Assembly (NCBI RefSeq): GCF_000008665.1
Contig: NC_000917.1
Coordinates: forward strand, 1,380,001 to 1,412,000
DNA: 32,000 nucleotides
Source of the DNA: Archaeoglobus fulgidus DSM 4304
Lineage (GTDB): Archaea; Halobacteriota; Archaeoglobi; Archaeoglobales; Archaeoglobaceae
Direction: 5' to 3'
Below the pieces are notes generated by a model. The model did no database searches. It was not told where the DNA came from and saw nothing but the letters and a program-made list of their open reading frames with translations. The translations under genes were made by a program, and so were the position numbers. Shown here one piece after another: positions 26,540-32,000 of the stretch; position 1 is the stretch's first letter, and each line of letters starts with the position of its first letter.

Positions 26540-27397
26540 ATGCTCGAAACGGCAGCTTGGTGGGTCTGGCCCGTAATACTGTTCGTCTTTACCTTCTTCT
26601 TGGGGATACTGGCAGTGATGGCAGGAGTGGGTGGAGGTGTGCTGTTCGTACCACTGGTAAGCGGCTTTTTCCCCTTTCATCTCGATTACGTCAGGGGAGC
26701 GGGGCTATTCGTAGCATTAACTGGAGCCTTAGCTGCAGGACCGGGATTGCTCAAAAGGGGGCTTGCAAACCTCCGCCTTGCTATGCCACTCGCACTGATT
26801 GCCTCCACGTGCTCCATTATCGGTGCTCTCATAGGACTGGCGTTGCCAACAAACATAACCCAAACCCTTCTGGGAATTACGATTCTCTTCATCTCCTTCG
26901 TGATGGTTACGAGCAAAAGAGTGGAGTTTCCAAAGGTTGAAAAGGCCGATAAGATATCGCAGATGCTCGGAATCTACGGAATCTACTACGAGGAGTCCAT
27001 GGGTAAGGAGATAGAGTGGAAAGTGCACAGAACCATTCCTTCAATGATTCTATTCGCTTTCATCGGTATTATTGCCGGTATGTTCGGTCTCGGAGCGGGA
27101 TGGGCCAACGTTCCAGTTCTCAACCTCTTCATGGGCACTCCGCTTAAAATTGCAGCAGGCACAAGTAAGTTTCTCCTTTCCATAACCGACACCTCTGCCG
27201 CATGGGTTTATCTAAACAACGGAAGTGTAATTCCGCTGATTACGATCCCCTCCTGCCTCGGAATAATGCTCGGTTCCTACGTTGGTGTCAGAGTTCTTGC
27301 AAAGGCGAGTCCAAAGATGATAAGGTCGATAGTTATAGCGGTGCTAATTTTCGCCGGGCTCAGGAGTTTGCTGAAGGGGCTTGGAATTTGGGCGTGA
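26540..27397 (+). CDS. Sulfite exporter TauE/SafE family permease
   Basis: 285 aa; GVGGGVLFVPLVSGFFPFHLDYVRGAGLFVALTGALAAG and GIIAGMFGLGAGWANVPVLNLFMGTPLKIAAGTSKFLLSITDT; GGAGG upstream. Confidence 0.9.
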   Translation: MLETAAWWVWPVILFVFTFFLGILAVMAGVGGGVLFVPLVSGFFPFHLDYVRGAGLFVALTGALAAGPGLLKRGLANLRLAMPLALIASTCSIIGALIGLALPTNITQTLLGITILFISFVMVTSKRVEFPKVEKADKISQMLGIYGIYYEESMGKEIEWKVHRTIPSMILFAFIGIIAGMFGLGAGWANVPVLNLFMGTPLKIAAGTSKFLLSITDTSAAWVYLNNGSVIPLITIPSCLGIMLGSYVGVRVLAKASPKMIRSIVIAVLIFAGLRSLLKGLGIWA

Positions 27398-27407
27398 GGT
27401 GGTTAAA

Positions 27408-27821
27408 ATGGATAGAGGGAGAAAGGTTCCGGAAGAGCAGATTATATACGCAGACATTCTCTACTACGGAGGGCTGATAGGAATAATATTTATGGCCATC
27501 ACCTTTGCCATCTACGTCTCAGGAACGCTACCGTCTCTGGTGAAGCCTGAGGAGCTGACGGAGCTATGGACTCACGACACGCACTACTACCTTGAAGAGA
27601 CTGGACTTCCAACTGGATGGGGATGGATTAACTACGTTACCTACGGGGATGTGCTGAACTTCGTTGCCCTCGCATTCCTTGCAATGATTACAATAATCTG
27701 CTATCTGGCCATAATTCCGGTTTTGCTGAAAAAGAAGGACATAATTTACACAATTCTGGCCATCGCAGAGGTAATAATACTGCTGCTTGCAGCAAGCGGC
27801 CTCCTGCAGGCCGGGCACTAA
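27408..27821 (+). CDS. Small conserved membrane protein, likely partner of the TauE/SafE permease
   Basis: 137 aa from ATG 27408, three or more hydrophobic segments. It begins 10 nt after the permease stop with a GGTGG Shine-Dalgarno. Confidence 0.7.
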   Translation: MDRGRKVPEEQIIYADILYYGGLIGIIFMAITFAIYVSGTLPSLVKPEELTELWTHDTHYYLEETGLPTGWGWINYVTYGDVLNFVALAFLAMITIICYLAIIPVLLKKKDIIYTILAIAEVIILLLAASGLLQAGH

Positions 27822-27852
27822 ATTTTTTTAAGTTTTGCATCCAACAACACAC

Positions 27853-28686
27853 TCAGTCAAGAGACCTCAACAAAAACTCCCTCTCCCTCTCAACGCAGAA
27901 CTCGAAAAGGCTGAGGTAAACGTCGAAGTGGTCGCCATTAACCCTCAGCACTTCTGAGTTTTTGGTCATCTCCGCTGCCTTCAATGCAGCCTCTGCCGGA
28001 GTAATCCCATCTCTCTCCGCAACAACATACAGAACGGGACATCTAATCCGCTCCACTCTCTCAACTGGCCTGTATCTCACAATGCTTAGAGCGATTCTTG
28101 CGGGAACAGCATTGAACCACTCCACACCTTCAGGAATGATGTAGCGGTACTTCTCAGCCTCGCGAGAGCTCATGAAGGCAAAACCTCCCTCAGGGGCGAA
28201 AATAGGAACGTAGTTAACTCTGCCGATGAAGGAGAGCAATTTGTCCACCATTCCTGAGAAAGTCAGCCTTAAGACGTTCTTTACCCCAGCTGCCCTTGCA
28301 ACAGCCAGACCATCAACGAAGGGGACCTGAGAGACGACTGCATCCACATCCACTTCTGAGGCAATCGTCAGAACGTGTCCACCGCTGAAGGAAGTTCCCC
28401 AAAGAGCAATTTTTTCGTAACCGAGACTTCTGGCGAATTCAATCGCATTCCTCCAGTCTTCAAGCTGCGTGTTTATGTCAATAAGCTGTCTCGGCCAACC
28501 TTCACTCTCCCCGAAAAAGCGGTAGTCGAATAGCAGAACTCCAAAATCCTCAGAGAATCTTTCCGCATAGGGAATGAGGGATTCCTTCACCGCCCCAAAA
28601 CCGTGCGCCATAACTACGCACTTCTCTCTGCCCTCGTAGTGTAGCGCCGCAACTTTCAAACCGCCAGACTCAAAGAAGAGATTCAT
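27853..28686 (-). CDS. Alpha/beta hydrolase (peptidase/esterase-like)
   Basis: VVMAHGFGAVKESLIPYAERFSEDFGVLLFDYRFFGESEG and LWGTSFSGGH nucleophile elbow. Start moved to ATG 28686 (MNLFFESGGLKVAALHY). Confidence 0.85.
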   Translation of the reverse strand: MNLFFESGGLKVAALHYEGREKCVVMAHGFGAVKESLIPYAERFSEDFGVLLFDYRFFGESEGWPRQLIDINTQLEDWRNAIEFARSLGYEKIALWGTSFSGGHVLTIASEVDVDAVVSQVPFVDGLAVARAAGVKNVLRLTFSGMVDKLLSFIGRVNYVPIFAPEGGFAFMSSREAEKYRYIIPEGVEWFNAVPARIALSIVRYRPVERVERIRCPVLYVVAERDGITPAEAALKAAEMTKNSEVLRVNGDHFDVYLSLFEFCVEREREFLLRSLD

Positions 28687-28708
28687 GAGATTTGTTGTGT
28701 TTTTTATT

Positions 28709-29356
28709 TTAAATTTTGTCGGTGCAGTGTAAACCATATTTTTTTCCGTCTTTAATGATTATTCCAAGCTCCTCCATTTCGCTTAAGTGGTAAAGAACCG
28801 TCTTGACACTCAGATTGAGCCTTCCAGCAATTTCTTTTGCCGTCATTCCCCCGTTCTCTTTCAGCAGATCCAAAATGTCTTTCTTTCTTCCCTTCAGTGA
28901 ATAAGAGGGTTCGAAAGGCATATCCGCAGGAAAAACGCATCTGCTTCCGCCATATCTGACAGTATTAACGAGCCCCTCGCCTTCAAGTTGCCTCAGGTAG
29001 TAGCGAAGGGTGCTCCTGTTCATCTCCAGAACTCTCTCAAGCTCGGTTATACTCATCCCCGGATTCTCTGCCACGGCGTTGAGGATTTGCAACCTCTTTG
29101 AGCTCAAAAACGACCTGAATTTTGCAATCACAACTGGCAAAAGCTTCCAGACCGCTATCAACCCGCCCAGAATGCCAAGAATGTACTGAACCTTAATCCA
29201 AAGCGGCAAATCCCAGAATGTGATGCGAATTTCGTTGGCATCATCTTCCTCAAGAATCTTCTGCAGTTTCTCGTCGCTGATGTTTACTGGCTGGTCGCTG
29301 AAGGCGGAAACAGGATAGGTTAGCAGGAGAAAAATTAGCAGAAGCTTAGCCCTCAT
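28709..29356 (-). CDS. Membrane-anchored regulator: signal peptide/short extracytoplasmic segment, one transmembrane helix, two winged-helix domains
   Basis: MRAKLLLIFLLLTYPVSAFS signal; WIKVQYILGILGGLIAVWKLLPVVI transmembrane helix; LQILNAVAENPGMSITELERVLEMNRSTLRYYLRQLEGEGLV and KDILDLLKENGGMTAKEIAGRLNLSVKTVLYHLSEMEELGII. Confidence 0.85.
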   Translation of the reverse strand: MRAKLLLIFLLLTYPVSAFSDQPVNISDEKLQKILEEDDANEIRITFWDLPLWIKVQYILGILGGLIAVWKLLPVVIAKFRSFLSSKRLQILNAVAENPGMSITELERVLEMNRSTLRYYLRQLEGEGLVNTVRYGGSRCVFPADMPFEPSYSLKGRKKDILDLLKENGGMTAKEIAGRLNLSVKTVLYHLSEMEELGIIIKDGKKYGLHCTDKI

Positions 29357-29385
29357 AAACCGCTAAGGAGTAACGCTGAACACCA

Positions 29386-29607
29386 TCAGCTGCCATCGGG
29401 AGAGTAAACGGTAAGAGTCAGGCTGTTGGAGGGGTTGTTCCACACCAGATAAACGTCAAAGGTGTGTGACGTAACGTAGGAGGTGTACCAGTGCGACTCT
29501 CCCTGCTTTATGTAGTCGTTCACGGTTTTGATGCCAATTTCTTTCGCTGCTGCTGCGTGCGTGAGAAGGAGTGCAAAAATCAAACCCAGACTCAAAACCA
29601 ACCTCAT
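29386..29607 (-). CDS. Short secreted protein, possibly a C-terminally truncated beta-sandwich (pre-peptidase C-terminal-like) domain
   Basis: 73 aa; signal MRLVLSLGLIFALLLTHAAAA, then KEIGIKTVNDYIKQGESHWYTSYVTSHTFDVYLVWNNPSNSLTLTVYSPDGS-stop. Confidence 0.55.
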   Translation of the reverse strand: MRLVLSLGLIFALLLTHAAAAKEIGIKTVNDYIKQGESHWYTSYVTSHTFDVYLVWNNPSNSLTLTVYSPDGS

Positions 29608-29638
29608 ACCCTAATTTGCAGCTTGCTAATATATAACT

Positions 29639-29698
29639 TTTCTGACCAAAGATTTAGAATATAATTCTGCTTAAATATTCTCAAACTATGGTCAGAAA
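29639..29698. promoter_or_regulatory. Divergent promoter region with inverted 10-mers TTTCTGACCA / TGGTCAGAAA (29639-29648 and 29689-29698)
   Basis: Arms read directly and are exact reverse complements. Each lies just upstream of a TATA-like element facing its own gene (TTATATAT on minus at about 29636-29629; CATATAG on plus at 29702-29708). Confidence 0.6.
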
Positions 29699-29734
29699 CT
29701 ACATATAGCAATTGATGTATCGTTTTAATGGTGG
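29675..29734 (+). repeat. 60-nt direct repeat copy A (promoter/leader of the 29742 gene)
   Basis: ATATTCTCAAACTATGGTCAGAAACTACATATAGCAATTGATGTATCGTTTTAATGGTGG; matches 31411-31470 at 59 of 60 positions. Confidence 0.97.
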
Positions 29735-29741
29735 TGGTAGC

Positions 29742-30506
29742 ATGAAACATTCGATAATGGTGTGGGTATATGTTTGTTTAGCAGCATTCACTTTAGCAGG
29801 GAAAACACTGGCTTATGACGTGGGTGCAGCTGTAGCCTTCTCAGAAGACCCGGAGGACGTTTGGTTCAACAGTGTCAGCCAGTTCGTTGAGATAATATCG
29901 AGCGAACCAACTTGGGTACAACACTTCCTCAATGACTACCCGAACGTAGGACCTTATATGTGGACGGAAGAGGAGAAAGGTAATGACAATTTCTACGCCG
30001 ATTACACAGAACTATCCTTAGTTTTAGGGCATGGAGTTGTTGTGGTCTATCCTGATGGAACAAAAAAGAGTGCAATAGGCTTTGCAGACCGAGGATATGC
30101 ACTCCCAGATGATATTAGACTTGGGTATGCCAGCCCAGATGGATTTGGATACAGCGTGTGGACTTTCATAATCCAATGCAGTGTTCTGGGAGACGAATAT
30201 GTAGACGACTGGCTTCAAACTTTGCAAGGTGTTCATATGGTTTTAGGCTTTGCAAGCACTGCTACCATCAGTAATGCCGACTTTCCAGAATTAGCATATC
30301 GACTAACAGGCACAGGTGGTTATACCAGAGAAAAGGTCGAAAGTGCCTTTTTTAGTACGTTTCTTAAATCGGATGGCGTGCATGATGATAACAGGGCCAG
30401 AATTATAGCCGAAAACTCTGAAGTACTTGATAACGACTACTTAAACAGCTTTGAACGTGTGCCGGTTGATGGAAGCAAGATAATCGTTACTGGGTGGGTG
30501 GGGTGA
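29742..30506 (+). CDS. Secreted protein resembling the DUF6345 family; possible caspase-like (clan CD) fold
   Basis: Signal peptide MKHSIMVWVYVCLAAFTLAGKTLA; core LSLVLGHGVVVVYPDG...YSVWTFIIQCSVLGDEYVDDWLQTLQGVHMVLGFAST. Start at ATG 29742 after GGTGGTGG. Confidence 0.6.
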   Translation: MKHSIMVWVYVCLAAFTLAGKTLAYDVGAAVAFSEDPEDVWFNSVSQFVEIISSEPTWVQHFLNDYPNVGPYMWTEEEKGNDNFYADYTELSLVLGHGVVVVYPDGTKKSAIGFADRGYALPDDIRLGYASPDGFGYSVWTFIIQCSVLGDEYVDDWLQTLQGVHMVLGFASTATISNADFPELAYRLTGTGGYTREKVESAFFSTFLKSDGVHDDNRARIIAENSEVLDNDYLNSFERVPVDGSKIIVTGWVG

Positions 30507-30510
30507 AAAA

Positions 30511-31398
30511 ATGAAAAAATACCTTGCGCTCGCTGCAATTGTGGCTATTTGCGCTCTGTGGCTCACCCAGAACAGCAACTTCGAAGCGGGGAAAACTTTC
30601 AAATTGTTCGATTCAGGAAAAACTGCGATACTCCGGCCAGTAATCTACTACAACCTGCCTAACGGAAGTGTAATCGAGGTCAGAGATAGTAATCCCTTTC
30701 CGTTTACCATCGAACTGGCGAGTGGTGGTTTAGGGATAAATGCACCTTCAAAATCATTGGAAGTTTACACCTACGAGACTTATAAAAAGCCGGAGGAGAT
30801 AAAGGTTATCGCAAAATCTTTTGGAGCATCTTTGGATAAGCTCTACTACAACGAAATTACGCATGCGTACCTCTACAACGATGAAAAGCTTAGCTTTGAA
30901 TACTACCCTAATACTGGGTATCTCAGAATTCTCTTCAAGAATTCAAGTCTGGAAAAGGCTTCAATTTTAAATGGGCTTCTAAACTACAGCTATCAGAAAA
31001 TCGAAAAGAACGGAGGAGTATTTTACGCAAGAAACTTTGACGGTTTATCATCTAACGTCGGTTTGCTTGTTAAATCCGATGAAAAGGGGATAAGAAGCAT
31101 TGAAGGAATACTGCTAAAAAGTGTAAAGCTTAAAGGAAAATACGAACTCATTCCAATTGACAGGATTCCAGAAATGCTCGAAAAAAGGGTTAAAGGTGAC
31201 CTTAAAGCGGACGACTGGTATTTAAGCAACATCGCCTTTACCAAACTAACACTAACGAATGTTTCTCTGATGTACACAATCACTCCTGACGGTATTCTTC
31301 CAGTCTACTGGTTTGAAGGAAAGTATGAGCTTGATTTTGAAGGAATAAAAGACTCAGGAACTGTGGAGGGGAGAATAGTGGCTGTTAGTGCTAATTAA
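30511..31398 (+). CDS. Hypothetical secreted or N-terminally membrane-anchored protein
   Basis: 295 aa; MKKYLALAAIVAICALWLTQNSNFEAG N-terminus. It begins 4 nt after the preceding stop, so probably co-transcribed. Confidence 0.75.
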   Translation: MKKYLALAAIVAICALWLTQNSNFEAGKTFKLFDSGKTAILRPVIYYNLPNGSVIEVRDSNPFPFTIELASGGLGINAPSKSLEVYTYETYKKPEEIKVIAKSFGASLDKLYYNEITHAYLYNDEKLSFEYYPNTGYLRILFKNSSLEKASILNGLLNYSYQKIEKNGGVFYARNFDGLSSNVGLLVKSDEKGIRSIEGILLKSVKLKGKYELIPIDRIPEMLEKRVKGDLKADDWYLSNIAFTKLTLTNVSLMYTITPDGILPVYWFEGKYELDFEGIKDSGTVEGRIVAVSAN

Positions 31399-31410
31399 GT
31401 TATAATTTTT

Positions 31411-31470
31411 ATATTCTCAAACTATGGTCAGAAACTACATATAGCAATTGATGTATTGTTTTAATGGTGG
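31411..31470 (+). repeat. 60-nt direct repeat copy B (promoter/leader of the 31476 gene)
   Basis: ATATTCTCAAACTATGGTCAGAAACTACATATAGCAATTGATGTATTGTTTTAATGGTGG; one mismatch to 29675-29734. Confidence 0.97.
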
Positions 31471-31475
31471 ATAGC

Positions 31476-32000
31476 ATGCTGAAAAAGGTGTTGAGTCTGG
31501 TTTTGGTGTTGGTGATGCTGAGCAGCAGCGTTGTGCCAGTGATGGCGGCGAGCGATGCAGAAAAGTGCAGCTGCGGAGCATGCGAAATAACCTTGAAGAG
31601 AGTTGTCGAAGTGGAACTGGCTAAAAACGGAAAAACGATTCTAAACGTCACTGAAATCAATCAAAGCCTTAGCGAGTGGTTTGCTGAGAACTTCGAAGGA
31701 AGCTTCAGTTGCGCAGACGGAAGCTGTCTTGCTTTCGATTACCAGCTGGAAATTAAGGAGCTACTGAACTTGTCGAAAAACAACAAGGAGCTGAAGTTGC
31801 TTGAGATTAAAGTTTACAACGAAACCACCAGCCACGAATTCAAGCTCCTCAGCTACTTTGCACAAACCGCAACTTACAACCTCAGCCTGATTACGAGAAT
31901 AATGGAAATCGACGGTGAGAACTACTTCGTCACAACCATTAACGTTGCTCCCAAGGACGATAAGAAGTTTGCTCCCTTTGCCGACATCGTGGAGATCAAG
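31476..32000 (+). CDS. Secreted hypothetical protein with Cys-rich N-terminus, truncated by the right window edge
   Basis: Manual translation MLKKVLSLVLVLVMLSSSVVPVMAASDAEKCSCGACEITLKRVVEVELAKNGKTILNVTEINQSLSEWF... is open for 175 codons to 32000. Confidence 0.75.
   Translation, partial: MLKKVLSLVLVLVMLSSSVVPVMAASDAEKCSCGACEITLKRVVEVELAKNGKTILNVTEINQSLSEWFAENFEGSFSCADGSCLAFDYQLEIKELLNLSKNNKELKLLEIKVYNETTSHEFKLLSYFAQTATYNLSLITRIMEIDGENYFVTTINVAPKDDKKFAPFADIVEIK

Noticed and set aside
26462-26680. 72-aa minus ORF with many His/Cys
   Set aside because: Antisense to the TauE-family start; likely chance.
1-32000. CRISPR arrays, rRNA, insertion sequences, integrases
   Set aside because: Looked for regularly spaced repeats, rRNA-like conserved segments and transposase/integrase motifs; none found.

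Overview
This is a compact euryarchaeal chromosome segment. From the protein content and gene order I believe it is Archaeoglobus fulgidus or a close relative; this is recalled, not verified by search. Almost all of the window is protein-coding. I found no rRNA, convincing tRNA, CRISPR array or intact mobile element. Recognisable blocks are: a DUF22-like repeat protein; rpl21e-rpoF(rpo4)-DUF655-PRC barrel; an SCP2-like protein; a ferredoxin:thioredoxin reductase-like catalytic subunit next to a glutaredoxin; alpha/beta hydrolase-atoE-sucD-sucC; a PadR regulator plus MFS exporter; an alpha-toroid (prenyltransferase/squalene-cyclase repeat) protein; DUF432-mscS; an ATP-cone/Mrr-like nuclease-fold gene that appears frameshifted; DUF211; a PHP protein; a divergent polyprenyl synthase; kptA-trxB; larE; a coiled-coil protein-smc-scpA operon; TauE/SafE and a partner membrane protein; and a right-hand accessory region of secreted or membrane-associated proteins. 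The most interesting signals are in the right-hand region. A 60-nt promoter/leader is duplicated (59/60 identical) in front of two secreted-protein genes. A 10-mer, TGGTCAGAAA, sits at the same position upstream of the TATA-like element in three promoters. A membrane-anchored double winged-helix regulator is encoded next to them, and one secreted protein has a possible caspase-like His-Gly/Cys arrangement. Other notable points are a perfect palindrome overlapping the padR start codon, a single-base frameshift separating an ATP-cone from its nuclease-like domain, and unclear start-codon usage for scpA.
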